The translations under genes and the position numbers were made by a program. A stretch of 64,000 bases of DNA from an uncultured Acidobacteriota bacterium (GTDB taxonomy: Bacteria; Acidobacteriota; Vicinamibacteria; Vicinamibacterales; UBA2999): assembly GCA_963721715.1 (NCBI GenBank), contig CAVRKI010000004.1, forward strand, positions 1,426,991 to 1,490,990, in the 5' to 3' direction. Positions within the stretch are counted from its first letter, which is position 1. Each line of letters starts with the position of its first letter. Shown piece by piece: positions 26,093-36,700 of the stretch. Below the pieces are notes generated by a model. That model was not told the DNA's origin. It ran no database searches and worked only from the letters and a program-made list of their open reading frames with translations.

Positions 26093-28172
26093 ATGAAGAC
26101 TGGCCCCACGAGAAAGTGGGCGGCTCCCGCCCTGTTCGGGATGTTCGCCGTTGTCGTCGGTCTTGCCATCGCTGGCATGCCGGGAAGCGCCCAGCAGAAG
26201 GGCGAGTGGCCCGGCATCACCGGCGGCGACACATCCACCCGCTATTCCGCGCTCGACCAGATCAACGCCTCGAACTTCAACTCCCTCAAGATGGCCTGGG
26301 AGTGGAAGGGCGAAGTGCCCGAATATTGAGATCGGCGACATCAACGGCCGCGGCCTTCCGATCTACATGGATGGCATGCTGGTCACGGTGTCCGGACCGC
26401 GCCGCACGGTCGTGGGGATGGACCCGGCGACCGGCAAGACCATCTGGGCATTCCAGGAGCCGCTGACGCCACGCCACGAATACTCGATGCGCTCGAATCA
26501 CGGCAAGGGCGTGGCCTACACGAAAATCAACGGCAAGGGCGCGGTGCTCGTGACCACGCCGGGCTTCTTCCTGCACGCGCTGGACATCAAGACCGGTCAG
26601 CCGATCGAGGGCTGGGGCGGCTCGGTGCCGGTGGCCGGCTTCCCGAAGGGCGGGTCCATCGACTTGCTGAAGGACCTCATCGCGGACTGGGAGCCGTGGA
26701 CGTCATCGAAGCAGACCTACGACGCGGCCAAGGGCCTGCCGCTCGAGCTCGGCTACATCACCACCTCCTCGCCTCCGATCGTCGTCAACGACGTGCTCAT
26801 CGTCGGCAACTCCGCCGAGCAGGGCTACAACCAGACGCGCATCGAGAACGTGCCCGGCGACATCCTCGCCTACGACATGAAGTCCGGGAAGTTCATGTGG
26901 AAGTTCCACGTGATTCCGCGGCCCGGCGAGTTCGGCCACGAGACCTGGGAGAACGACGCGTGGAAGTGGACCGGCGACATCTCGTCGTGGGCGCCGATGT
27001 CGGCCGACCCCGCGCGCGGCCTCGTCTACATCCCGACCAATGGCGCGACGATGGACTACTTCGGCGGGTTCCGGCCGGGAGACAACCTGTTCAGCACCAC
27101 GCTGCTGGCGCTCGATGTGAAGACCGGCAAACGGGTGTGGCACCACCAGCAGGTGAAGCACGACATCTGGAACTACGACGTGCCGAACGCGCCGGTGCTG
27201 CTGGACGTCAACGTCAACGGCCAGCGCATCCCGGGCGTCTTCAGCGTCACCAAGCAGTCGTGGGTCTATTCCTACAACCGTCAGACCGGCCAGCCGATCT
27301 GGCCGTTCGAGGAACGTCCGACGCCGCAATCGCAGGTGCCGACCGAGAAGCTGCCGAAGACGCAGGCGTTCGTCACCAAACCCGCGCCGTTCGATCTGCA
27401 GGGTCGCACCGAGGCGCATCTGATCGACTACACGCCGGAGATGAAGAAGATCGCCCTGCAGCGCGCGCAGGAGCGCGATCTGCTGGCGCCGCTCTTCGCC
27501 GCGCCGCGCCATCGCGGCAACGCCGAGGGCAAGGGTCATGTCAACGTCTGCCCGGGTGGCGGCGGCGGCGCCAACATCACCGGACCGCCGGCGGCGGATC
27601 CGGCGACGGGCGTGATCTTCATCACGTCCACGAGCGGCTGCTCGCCGACGCTGCTGGCGCCGGCCATCGAACGCGACAACGACAAGATGACGGGCAAGAC
27701 GGTGGCGCAGTGGGCCACGGCGCGCGGCAGCAGCCCGCCGGCGCCGAAGCCGGTGCCGAACGACCCGCTGGCGGGCATTCCGGATCTCTTCAAGGGCCCG
27801 GTGGGCCGCATCACCGCCATCGACCTCAACACCGGCGAGCACCTGTGGATGGTGCCGCACGGTGACATGGACATGAAGCAGCAGGAGGCGTTCCGCAACA
27901 ACCCGATGCTGAAGGGCATGAACGTCGACACCAACTGGGGCCGTCGCGGTCACGCCGCGATGGCGGCCACCTCGACGCTGCTCCTGGCAACGGGACAGAC
28001 CGCGGACAACCAGCCGCACCTGTTCGCCATCGACAAGAAGACCGGCAAGCGCGTCGGCGCGGTGACCACTCCACGCCTCGGCACCTATGGCCTGATGACC
28101 TACCTGCACCAGGGCAAGCAGTACGTCGTCGTGCCGATGAACGGCGGCTACGCCGCCTACGCGCTCCCATAA
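26093..28172 (+). CDS. PQQ-dependent dehydrogenase (quinoprotein beta-propeller), exported; frame broken once
   Basis: Signal/anchor [28 protein letters not shown] lies in ORF 26078..26329. The rest lies in ORF 26151..28172 ([14 protein letters not shown] and propeller repeats). The break is at the ccc run 26318-26320. Confidence 0.85.
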
Positions 28173-28193
28173 GACACGAAGGCGTTCCACTCG

Positions 28194-28238
28194 AAAAGGC
28201 CGGTCAGGTGCCCAATGGGCAGCTGACCGGCCTTTTTC
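28194..28238 (+). terminator. Rho-independent terminator (bidirectional type)
   Basis: aaaaGGCCGGTCAGgtgcccaatgggcaGCTGACCGGCCttttt lies 22 nt after the PQQ-dehydrogenase stop. It is the only canonical stem plus T-tract I found in the window. Confidence 0.85.
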
Positions 28239-28300
28239 GTTCTCGCCCCTCGTCCACACCGGCTGGGCGGGCATCACCAGGCCGTCCGCGCCCGTTGGTC

Positions 28301-28306
28301 TACAAT
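28301..28306 (+). promoter_or_regulatory. -10 box TACAAT, 7 nt upstream of ATG 28313 (leaderless transcript predicted)
   Basis: Sequence tcTACAATccgcgcATG. No SD is possible in this spacing. Confidence 0.5.
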
Positions 28307-28312
28307 CCGCGC

Positions 28313-28990
28313 ATGTGCGACTTCGGCCAGCCCCATCACCATGACGCCACCGATTCCACCGCAACGCGGCCGTTCGGCTTTCTCGTCGACGTGCCGGAAA
28401 TCCGCGAGCTGATCGCCGAGACGCGGCGCTTGATGGCCGAGGTGCCAGACACCGCCACTCGCGTGGATGCGCTGAAGCCGGCCTTCGCGAAGCTGCTGGC
28501 GGCGACCGGGTGGCTGCCGGAGGAGTACGCCTCGCCCGACCTGTCGAGCGGCATGGGCGGCGGCATCGGGCAGTATGCGCTCTACCGCGCCGAGGACGGC
28601 TCGCTCAGCCTGTTCTCACTGGTCATTCCGGCCGGAGCGGAGACGCCGGTCCACGATCATCTGGCCTGGGGCCTGATCGGCGTCTATCGCGGGCGGCAGG
28701 ACGAAACCGTCTACCGGCGCCTCGACGATGGCGCCGATGACACGGTGGCGCAGCTCGAGGTCTCGAGGCGTCAGACGATGGAGACGGGCGAGTTCTATTC
28801 GCTGATCCCGCCCCGGGACGACATTCACTACGTGAAGACCGTGTCCGGTGTGCCGTCGATTTCGATTCACCTGTTGGCGAACGACACGGCGTGCGTGTGG
28901 CGTCACCGTTTCGACCCGGCGGCCGGCACGGTGCGGGCGTTCCGCTCCGGCTATAGCAACGCGCCGTGCCCGGAGGACGTCAACGCGTAA
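28313..28990 (+). CDS. Cysteine-dioxygenase-type-I-like cupin (thiol dioxygenase family)
   Basis: Start at ATG 28313 (MCDFGQPHHH). Cupin core LVIPAGAETPVHDHLAWGLIGVYRGRQDE...IHYVK...SIHLL. Confidence 0.7.
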   Translation: MCDFGQPHHHDATDSTATRPFGFLVDVPEIRELIAETRRLMAEVPDTATRVDALKPAFAKLLAATGWLPEEYASPDLSSGMGGGIGQYALYRAEDGSLSLFSLVIPAGAETPVHDHLAWGLIGVYRGRQDETVYRRLDDGADDTVAQLEVSRRQTMETGEFYSLIPPRDDIHYVKTVSGVPSISIHLLANDTACVWRHRFDPAAGTVRAFRSGYSNAPCPEDVNA

Positions 28991-29029
28991 GCATTCTGGC
29001 TGCGGTCTCCCGAGGCGGGGACGGGCGCG

Positions 29030-29626
29030 TCAGGCGTCTTCTGCTCCGCCTGGAGCTGGGCGCGGCTTGGGGGCGCGCGCGTCCTCGACGATGGCTTTCG
29101 CGAGCGAGAGTGCCGCGCGGTGCACGGCGTTGGCCGGTGCGCCGGTCGATCGCACCAGGATTGCGAATGGCGTCACCTCCACATCCATGCCCTGCAACAT
29201 CCGGAGCACGGCTTCGGTCTCGGCCTCCTGTTCCTCGGGGCGATACTCGAGGAGGGCCGTCGCCCGCGGCCCCTCGACCGGCAGCTGGACCACGGCGCAA
29301 GGACGCCAGCGATTCCTGCGCTGCGCCACATCGAAATGCGAGACCTCGAATCCGTCCCTCTGCCCCTTCCTCACGTTGCGCAGCGTGGCCCAGCGCAGAC
29401 TCTCGAATCGGCCATAGGGGTCTCCAGGCTCGGCCTCGAGCCGCGCTCGATACCTCCAGCCACCATTCGCCTCGGCGAGGCGCGCCTCGCCTGCCGCGCG
29501 ACGCCGCCGCCGCGCCACCCTCAGGCCGACAACCGTCAGCACCAGCGACAGCGCGAGCAACGCCCCCACCATGACCTCGATGACACCGAAGTCGAACCGC
29601 AAGAAGCCGGCCAGCATCCGCCGCAT
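29030..29626 (-). CDS. Hypothetical membrane-anchored protein
   Basis: Start at ATG 29626 (MRRMLAGFLRFDFGVIEVMVGALLALSLVLTVVGL). No motif recognised. Confidence 0.45.
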   Translation of the reverse strand: MRRMLAGFLRFDFGVIEVMVGALLALSLVLTVVGLRVARRRRRAAGEARLAEANGGWRYRARLEAEPGDPYGRFESLRWATLRNVRKGQRDGFEVSHFDVAQRRNRWRPCAVVQLPVEGPRATALLEYRPEEQEAETEAVLRMLQGMDVEVTPFAILVRSTGAPANAVHRAALSLAKAIVEDARAPKPRPAPGGAEDA

Positions 29627-29755
29627 CTTAGCTCCCCTCGCGCCGACCATGAACGTGAGCGAGGTTCGCGATGCGTGGTTCGCATCGCTCGGCATACGGC
29701 CGTCGATGGGTCGGACCGAGTCGCTGAGTTGGGGCCCCAGGCGCGTCGGCGGGAG

Positions 29756-29761
29756 TACAAT
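29756..29761 (+). promoter_or_regulatory. -10 box TACAAT upstream of the cystathionine beta-synthase gene
   Basis: Sequence gagTACAATcc, the same extended context as at 28301. It lies 27 nt upstream of the ATG. Confidence 0.4.
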
Positions 29762-29788
29762 CCCCGAACGGCATCATTCGTGAGTTCA

Positions 29789-31163
29789 ATGACCAAACAC
29801 ATCTGCGACACCATTCTCGACACCATCGGCGACACGCCGCTCGTCCGCATCAACCGCCTCACCAAGGGCGTCGTCAAGGCCGACGTGCTGGCGAAGGTCG
29901 AGACCTTCAACCCGGGCAACTCGATCAAGGACCGCATGGCCCTGAAGATGATCGAGGACGCCGAGCGCGACGGACGCCTGAAGCCCGGCGGCACCATCAT
30001 CGAGGGCACGTCCGGCAACACCGGCATGGGCCTGGCGATCGCCGCCGTCGTGAAGGGCTACAAGTGCATCTTCACCACCACCGACAAGCAGTCCAAGGAG
30101 AAGGTGGACGCCCTCCGCGCCTTCGGCGCCGACGTCATCGTCTGCCCGACCGACGTGGACCCCGAGGACCCGCGCTCGTACTACTCGGTGTCGTCACGGC
30201 TCGAGCGCGAGACGCCGAACAGCTGGAAGGCCAACCAGTACGACAACCCGTCGAACGCGCAGGCGCACTACGAGCAGACCGGCCCGGAGATCTGGGAGCA
30301 GACCGGCGGCGCGATCGATCACCTGGTGGTCGGCGTCGGCACCGGCGGCACCATCTGCGGGGCGGGCAAGTTCCTGAAGGAGAAGAAGCCCTCGGTGAAG
30401 GTGTGGGGCATCGACACCTACGGCTCGGTCTTCAAGAAGTACAAGGAGACCGGCGTCTTCGACAAGAACGAGATCTATCCCTACATCACCGAAGGCATCG
30501 GCGAGGACTTCCTGCCCCAAGAACGTGGACTTCTCGGTGATCGATCACTTCGAGAAGGTGACCGACCGCGACGCCGCGATCATGACCAGCCGCATCGCGC
30601 GCGAGGAAGGCATCTTCGCCGGCAACTCCGCCGGTTCGGCCATGGCCGGCCTGCTGCAACTGGCCGACCAGTTCAAGGAAGGCGAGACCGTGGTGGTGAT
30701 CTTCCACGACCACGGCACGCGCTACCTCGGGAAGATGTACAACCCGGAGTGGATGCGCGACAAGGGCTTCCTCGACAAGAAGGGCCTGTCGGCCAAGGAC
30801 CTGGTGGCCGATCGCATGAAGGCGAAGCTGACCACCATCGATCGCAACGAGACGGTGTCTCACGCGGCCAACCTGATGACCGAGCACGCCTACTCGCAGC
30901 TGCCGGTGATGGCCGGCGGCCGCCTGGTGGGATCGGTGAGCGAGAGCCACCTGTTCGAGCAGATCGTGAAGAACCCCGAACTCCTGAAGGGACCGGTCGA
31001 GGCCATCATGGAGCACGCCATCCCGTTCGCCGACATCTCCACGGGTGTGGATGCGCTGGCGGGCATGCTCACCGATGCCAGCCCCGCCGTGCTGGTGCGC
31101 GACTTCAAGAGCGACGAGACCTACATCATCACGAGGTGGGACGTGATTCGCGCGCTCAGCTAG
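29789..31163 (+). CDS. Cystathionine beta-synthase (PLP fold type II plus C-terminal CBS-domain pair); frame broken once
   Basis: GDTPLVRINRL, FNPGNSIKDR, GTSGNTGMGLA and GVGTGGTICG motifs. The C-terminal CBS pair lies in ORF 30525..31163. The break is at the cccc run 30515-30518; removing one base restores DFLPKNVDFSVID. Confidence 0.9.
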
Positions 31164-31174
31164 AGCGCGCGCGA

Positions 31175-31195
31175 AGTTCCAAGTTCAAAGTTCAA
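31175..31195. repeat. Tandem heptamers (AGTTCMA)x3
   Basis: agttcca agttcaa agttcaa lies immediately upstream of ATG 31200. Confidence 0.95.
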
Positions 31196-31199
31196 AACC

Positions 31200-31664
31200 A
31201 TGCTGGCGTACCACAAGCGGATGTTCGCGTTCGACCACTGGGCCAACAGCGTCTCGCTCGATGCCGTTGAGCCCATCGCCGACAAGGCGCCGGCATCGAT
31301 GGCGTGGCTCAATCACATCCTCGGGGCCAAGTGCATCTGGCTGGCACGGGTCACGGGCACTCCGCCGCCGTTCGGCGTGAACCCCACGTTCGGGCCGGCC
31401 GAGTTGCGCGCGCAGTTCGCGCGGGCCGACGAAGGCTGGACGCGGTTCCTCGCCACGCAGGGCGAAGCGGATGTGGCACGCGTGATTCACTACAAGAACC
31501 TGAAGGGCGAGCCGTTCAGCAGTCCACTCGGCGACATCCTCTCGCACCTGCCGGTGCACGGGCAGCATCACCGCGGCCAGGTCAATGCGGATCTGCGCGC
31601 CGCGGGCGTGGCGCCACCGGCTATCGACTTCATCCACGCGGCCCGGACCGGCGCGATCGGCTAG
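31200..31664 (+). CDS. DinB-family protein
   Basis: Intact 154-aa ORF. FDHWAN...LNHILGA...LPVHGQHHRGQV matches the DinB/YfiT His-triad pattern. Confidence 0.8.
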   Translation: MLAYHKRMFAFDHWANSVSLDAVEPIADKAPASMAWLNHILGAKCIWLARVTGTPPPFGVNPTFGPAELRAQFARADEGWTRFLATQGEADVARVIHYKNLKGEPFSSPLGDILSHLPVHGQHHRGQVNADLRAAGVAPPAIDFIHAARTGAIG

Positions 31665-31795
31665 TCGCGCCGGACACCGTCGACCAGCCGGACACCCGAC
31701 TTCCGGCCGCGATGTGCGTCTGGCCAACTCGCCCCGAACCAAATGGCTCGAACCGGCCGCGCCTTCCAACGCCTGCTCGGGCAGGTAGGCGCCTG

Positions 31796-33046
31796 CTAGA
31801 CCAGTTCCCGCCCCCGCGTCTCCGGGCCGAGCCACAGCAGGATCAGCACCGCCACACCGGCGGTGACAATGCACTGCAGCATCGCCATGCGGAGATCGGT
31901 GCCGCCATCCTGCATCGCCCCGATCAGGTACGGCGCATAGGACCCGATGCCGACGCCGACGTGATACGAGAACCCCGTGCCCACCCCCCGCGCGTCGGTG
32001 GGAAACCGCTCCGACAGGTAGCCGGGCACGATGCCCCACGCCCCGGAGGCGCAGAAGCCGATCAGCCAGGCGCCCAGCAGCAGGCCGCCGCTGGAGGTCG
32101 AGAACAGATACACCGGCGCCGCCAGCAACCCCAGCACCACGCCCAGCGTTGCCGCGCCTCGCCTTCCGCCCCATCGTTCCGACAGCGCGCCCAACGCCAC
32201 CGAGCCCAGCAACCCGCCGGCGTTCAGCAGCAACAGGAACGCCAGCGGCTGCAGCTTCAACTGGGTGAGCAGCGTCGGATACCAGAACGTGGTGCTCTGG
32301 TACATCGACACGAAACCGCCCATCAGCAGCGAGGTGTGCAGCGTCACCCAGATCAGGTCGCGGTCGAACAGGCGCCCGAGCGACAACCGCTGCGCCACTC
32401 CTTGTGCCCGCAACTCGCGTTGGCGCTCGAGCCACACCGGGCTCTCGGGCACGCGCCGCATCAACGCGAAGATCATCAGACCCGGCCCTACGCCCGCCCA
32501 CAACATCAGCCGCCACGCCCACTCGGGCCGATCGCTGATCAAGGGATACCCGAGCTGATAGACCAGCGACGACAACAGGAAGCCGGCTGAATAGCCGCCC
32601 TGCAGGATGCCGGAGGCGACGCCGCGGAGCTTGGCCGGCCAGTGTTCCAGGGCCAGCGGCATCCCCGCCGCCCACATCCCTCCCATCCCGATGCCGAACA
32701 GCCCGCGGAACGCGAACAGCATGACGTAGCTCGTGGACAGGCCGCTCAGGAACGCGAATACCGTGTACCACGCGATCGAGAACAGGATCGGTCCCTTACG
32801 GCCGTAGCGATCGGCCAGCGTGCCCGCGCCGATGCCGCCGACGACGCGGAACAGCAACGTCACCGTGCCGAGCAGTCCCGCCAGCGCGCGGTTCACCGAG
32901 AAGCTCTGCTGGATGTCGATGAGGACGAAGGTGAGGATCGTGAAGTCGAACGAATCGAGCGTCCACGCCGTGAAGGTCGTCAGAAACGTCTTCCACTGCT
33001 GGGCACTCACCTGTCGATACCATGGCACTTCCGCCTGATCCGCCAT
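31796..33046 (-). CDS. MFS transporter (anion:cation symporter-like)
   Basis: Intact 416-aa ORF with 12 TM segments. GTLADRYGRKGP MFS signature. Confidence 0.9.
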   Translation of the reverse strand: MADQAEVPWYRQVSAQQWKTFLTTFTAWTLDSFDFTILTFVLIDIQQSFSVNRALAGLLGTVTLLFRVVGGIGAGTLADRYGRKGPILFSIAWYTVFAFLSGLSTSYVMLFAFRGLFGIGMGGMWAAGMPLALEHWPAKLRGVASGILQGGYSAGFLLSSLVYQLGYPLISDRPEWAWRLMLWAGVGPGLMIFALMRRVPESPVWLERQRELRAQGVAQRLSLGRLFDRDLIWVTLHTSLLMGGFVSMYQSTTFWYPTLLTQLKLQPLAFLLLLNAGGLLGSVALGALSERWGGRRGAATLGVVLGLLAAPVYLFSTSSGGLLLGAWLIGFCASGAWGIVPGYLSERFPTDARGVGTGFSYHVGVGIGSYAPYLIGAMQDGGTDLRMAMLQCIVTAGVAVLILLWLGPETRGRELV

Positions 33047-33126
33047 CCGCGCCGTCTCCTGTCCGCGGGGGTCCGCCCCCTGCGTTCACGCCTGCCTCAT
33101 TGCACGAGCGCCCCAGTGTACTCGGG

Positions 33127-33132
33127 TAGAAT
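33127..33132 (+). promoter_or_regulatory. -10 box TAGAAT, 7 nt upstream of ATG 33139 (leaderless transcript predicted)
   Basis: Sequence ggTAGAATcccgccATG. Confidence 0.5.
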
Positions 33133-33138
33133 CCCGCC

Positions 33139-33585
33139 ATGACGCCCTGGCGCCTGCTGCTCGCGTTTATTGCGCTCACCTATGCGATTTTTGGATTCAT
33201 CTTCCTCTTCAATCCGAGCGAAATGGCGGCCATGGTGGGCATCACCTTCCTGTCGAACGGCGCGCGCAACGACTTCCGCGCGATGTACGGCGGTCTCGAG
33301 ATCGGCGTCGGTGCGTTCCTCCTGATCTGCGCCATGCGCCGCGAGTTCGTCCGCGTCGGCCTGTTCGCCAGTGCCTGTGTCCTGGTGGCGATGGCCACGT
33401 CACGCACCGTCGGCCTGATGCTCGACGGCGTCAGCCTCGTCCAGACGCTGATTGCGACGTCCGAATGGGTGGGCGGCATCGCCGCCACCTGGGGCGCGGT
33501 GATGGCCACGCCCGAACGTGACTCGGTTCCCGCGCCCTTCGAAGATCCCACGCCAGATTCACCCACGTTGCCGCCCGCGGCCTAG
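33139..33585 (+). CDS. DUF4345-like small membrane protein
   Basis: Intact 148-aa ORF with 4 TM segments. NDFRAMYGGLEIGVG motif. Confidence 0.6.
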   Translation: MTPWRLLLAFIALTYAIFGFIFLFNPSEMAAMVGITFLSNGARNDFRAMYGGLEIGVGAFLLICAMRREFVRVGLFASACVLVAMATSRTVGLMLDGVSLVQTLIATSEWVGGIAATWGAVMATPERDSVPAPFEDPTPDSPTLPPAA

Positions 33586-33592
33586 GTTCCAC

Positions 33593-34600
33593 ATGCGCAC
33601 GTCCGTTTCCGCTCTGCTCCTCGTCCTCGCCGCCACCTCAGCCGGCGCGCAGGCGCCACGCACCCACCGCCTCGAGGCCACACCGGCGACGGTGGCCTAC
33701 GGCTATTACTGGTCCGAGGCCAAACCGGTGCTGCGGATCGCTTCCGGCGACATCCTCGACGTCGACACGCTGCTGACGTCCACGCCCGACCGCCTGGAGA
33801 AGGCCGGTGTGAAGCCCGACGATGTGCAGGCGTCGCTGCGCGGCATTGTCGGCGCGGTGACGGATCGAGGCCCGGGAGGGCACATCCTGACCGGGCCCGT
33901 GTTCGTGGAAGGCGCCTTGCCCGGTGACGCGCTCGAGGTGAAGGTGCTGTCGATCGATCTGCCGATTGCCTACGGCTACAACGGCTGCAGCGGCTTCATC
34001 CGCGAGAACTGCGAGCAGGGCCGGGCGATGAGCATCATCCCGTTGGATCGTCAGCGCATGATCGGAGTTTTCAAGCCTGGCATCGAGATTCCGCTGAAGC
34101 CGTTCTTCGGCAGCATGGGCGTGGCCCCGCCGCCGGCCGCCGGCCGCGTCAGCAGCAACCCACCTGGCATCCACGCCGGCAACCTGGACAACAAGGAACT
34201 GGTGGCCGGCACCACGCTCTGGATCCCGGTCCACGTGCCCGGCGCGCTGTTCGAGATCGGCGACGGTCACGCCGCGCAGGGTGACGGCGAAGTGGACCAG
34301 ACCGCCATCGAAACCTCGCTGCGCGGCCGGGTGCAGTTGACCGTGCGCAAGGGCATGACCCTGAAGTGGCCGCGCGGGGAGACGCCGACGCACTTCATCA
34401 GCATGGGCACCGACATCGACCTGACGGCGGCGACGAAGATCGCGATCCAGGAAATGATCGACTTCCTGGTCGAGGTCAAGCACCTGGACCAGCACACGGC
34501 CTACCAGTTGACCAGCCTCGCCGGCGACGTCGCCATCACCCAGCTGGTGGACGGCACGATGGGCGTGCACGTCAAGATGCCGAAGGCGATCTTCAAGTGA
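33593..34600 (+). CDS. Acetamidase/formamidase-family amidase, exported
   Basis: Start at ATG 33593 (MRTSVSALLLVLAATSAGAQA). GPVFVEGALPGD, HAGNLDNKEL and FEIGDGHAAQGDGEV motifs. Confidence 0.85.
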   Translation: MRTSVSALLLVLAATSAGAQAPRTHRLEATPATVAYGYYWSEAKPVLRIASGDILDVDTLLTSTPDRLEKAGVKPDDVQASLRGIVGAVTDRGPGGHILTGPVFVEGALPGDALEVKVLSIDLPIAYGYNGCSGFIRENCEQGRAMSIIPLDRQRMIGVFKPGIEIPLKPFFGSMGVAPPPAAGRVSSNPPGIHAGNLDNKELVAGTTLWIPVHVPGALFEIGDGHAAQGDGEVDQTAIETSLRGRVQLTVRKGMTLKWPRGETPTHFISMGTDIDLTAATKIAIQEMIDFLVEVKHLDQHTAYQLTSLAGDVAITQLVDGTMGVHVKMPKAIFK

Positions 34601-34641
34601 GGTTCGGCGCCTTGCCGCGATACGGATCTGCAGTCGCTGGC

Positions 34642-35098
34642 ATGCCAGCCATCGCGATCGCCTGCGGCCTGCTGGCCGGCTGCGCGCCGCCGGCGCCGCC
34701 GGCGCCCGTCGCCGCGCAGTCGGCCCCACAGGACGCGCAGCACCAGGGCATCACCGAGCCGCACGGCGACCACTCCGCGCATCACGGCGGGATGGTGCTG
34801 ATGAACGGCGAGGTGCACTACGAGGTCGTCCTCGATCCAGCGGGCCGCTACGAGCTGTGGCTGAGCGATGCGGTACGAACGGAACTGCCAGCGTCGATCG
34901 CCTCGAACGTCACCGTCACCGTGTCGCGCCCGAATGCCGAACCCGAGATCGCTCCGACTCGCCGTCGACGAAGCCGGCGAGAGCTGGGTAGGCACGGGCA
35001 AGCCCGTCACCGGCGATTCGGTGATGGTCAAGGTCAACTACGACCTGCGCGGCGAGCCGCACGAAGTGGAGATTCCGTTCGTGCCCGCGAAGCGGTAG
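34642..35098 (+). CDS. Hypothetical His-rich lipoprotein; frame broken once
   Basis: Lipobox LLAGC. HGDHSAHHGGMVLMNGEVHYEV. The C-terminus continues in ORF 34868..35098. The shift lies near 34950. Confidence 0.5.
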
Positions 35099-35104
35099 CC
35101 CGTC

Positions 35105-36686
35105 ATGACCCGGGGAGGTTCCATGCGCCGTGTCTGCTGTGCCGTGCCACTCGTCCTCGCTCTGCTCGTCGCCACCGTCGGCGCGCAGGCGCCCGCCGCG
35201 CCGGCCGGGCTCGACGCCTTCGCCGAGCGGGTTCGCTCCACGTTCGACGTCCCCGGCATCAGCCTCGCCATCGTCAAGGACGACGCGGTGGTGGTGGCCC
35301 GCGGCTACGGGGTCCGGAAGCTGGGCGCACCGGAGCCGGTGGACCCCGGCACCCTGTTCGGCATCGCGTCCAATACCAAGGTCTTCACCGCCACCGCGCT
35401 GGGCCTGCTCGTCGAAGAGGGCAAGGTGGACTGGGATGCACCGGTGGTGCGCTACCTGCCCTGGTTCCAGTTGTCGGACCCCTACGTCACGCGCGAGCTG
35501 ACCGTCCGCGATCTGCTCGTGCACCGCAGCGGGCTCGGCCTCGGCGCCGGCGATCTGCTCTGGTGGCCGCCGTCCACCTACTCGCGCCGCGAGGTCGCGG
35601 AGCGCCTGCGCTTCCTGCCCCTCGCCACCAGCTTCCGCAGCGCCTACGCCTACGACAACGTCCTGTATCTGGTCGCCGGACAGGTGATCGAAGCGGTGAG
35701 CGGGCTGTCGTGGGAGGACTTCATCCGCACTCGCATCCTGGCGCGCGTCGGCATGACCACCAGCAGCCCCCGATTCGATACGGCGGCCAACGGCGGCAAC
35801 GTCGCGACGCCGCATGCCAGGGTGGACGAGCGCGTCCGCGTGGTGCAGCCCTTCGCGAGCGACAACACGAATCCTGCCGGCGGCATTCTGTCGAACGCCG
35901 CGGACATGGCGTCGTGGATGCGCGTGCTGCTGCGGCGGGGGCAGCTGGCCGACGGGACGCGGCTGTTCTCCGAGCGCACGTGGCGCGAACCTGTCGACAC
36001 TGGTCACGCCGATGCCGAACCCCGATCCGCCGGCGGAGCTCGCGCGGCTGGCGTCGTTCGTCTCCGGCTACGCGCTGGGGCTGAACGTGCGCGAGTATCG
36101 CGGTCACCTGGTGCTGACGCACACGGGCGGACTGCCGGGCTTCGTCTCGCGCGTGCTGCTGGTGCCGGACATCGGCCTCGGGGTGTCGGTCCTGACGAAC
36201 CAGGAGTCGGGCGAGGCCTTCAACGCCCTCGCCTACTTCGTGGTCGATCACTATCTGGGCGCGCCGGCCACCGACTGGGTGGCTCAGCACAACGCCGTGC
36301 GCGCGCGGAATCTCGCCCGAGTCGCCGAGGCCGAACTGAAGAGTTCGCAGGCCCGCGCTGGCGCATCCACGCCATCACTGCCACTGGCCCGCTACGCCGG
36401 TACCTACTCCGACCAGTGGTATGGCGACATCCAGATCGACGAGTCCGGCGGCAAGCTGTCGATCCGTTTCACGAAGACGCCAGCGCTGACGGGCACGCTG
36501 GAGCACTGGCAGCACGACACCTTCGTGGCGCGATGGGCCGATCGCGAGTTGCGCGCGGACGCCTTCGTCACGTTCGCGCTGAAGCCGGACGGCTCGATCG
36601 AACGGGCGCGGATGGAGGCCGTCTCACCCGCCACGGACTTCAGCTTTGATTTTCACGATCTGCTATTGGTGCCAAAGAAACGGTGA
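35105..36686 (+). CDS. Serine hydrolase (class C beta-lactamase/PBP family) with C-terminal beta domain; frame broken once
   Basis: Signal peptide. SxxK motif as FGIASNTKVFTA, plus YDNVLY. The C-terminal part lies in ORF 35814..36686. The shift lies near 35985. Confidence 0.85.
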
Positions 36687-36700
36687 CACTCGCATCTGGT

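Noticed and set aside
29627-29788. A possible SAM or other riboswitch upstream of cystathionine beta-synthase.
   Set aside because: The best -10 box leaves only a 27-nt leader. I recognised no conserved riboswitch core (for example SAM-I/II helices).
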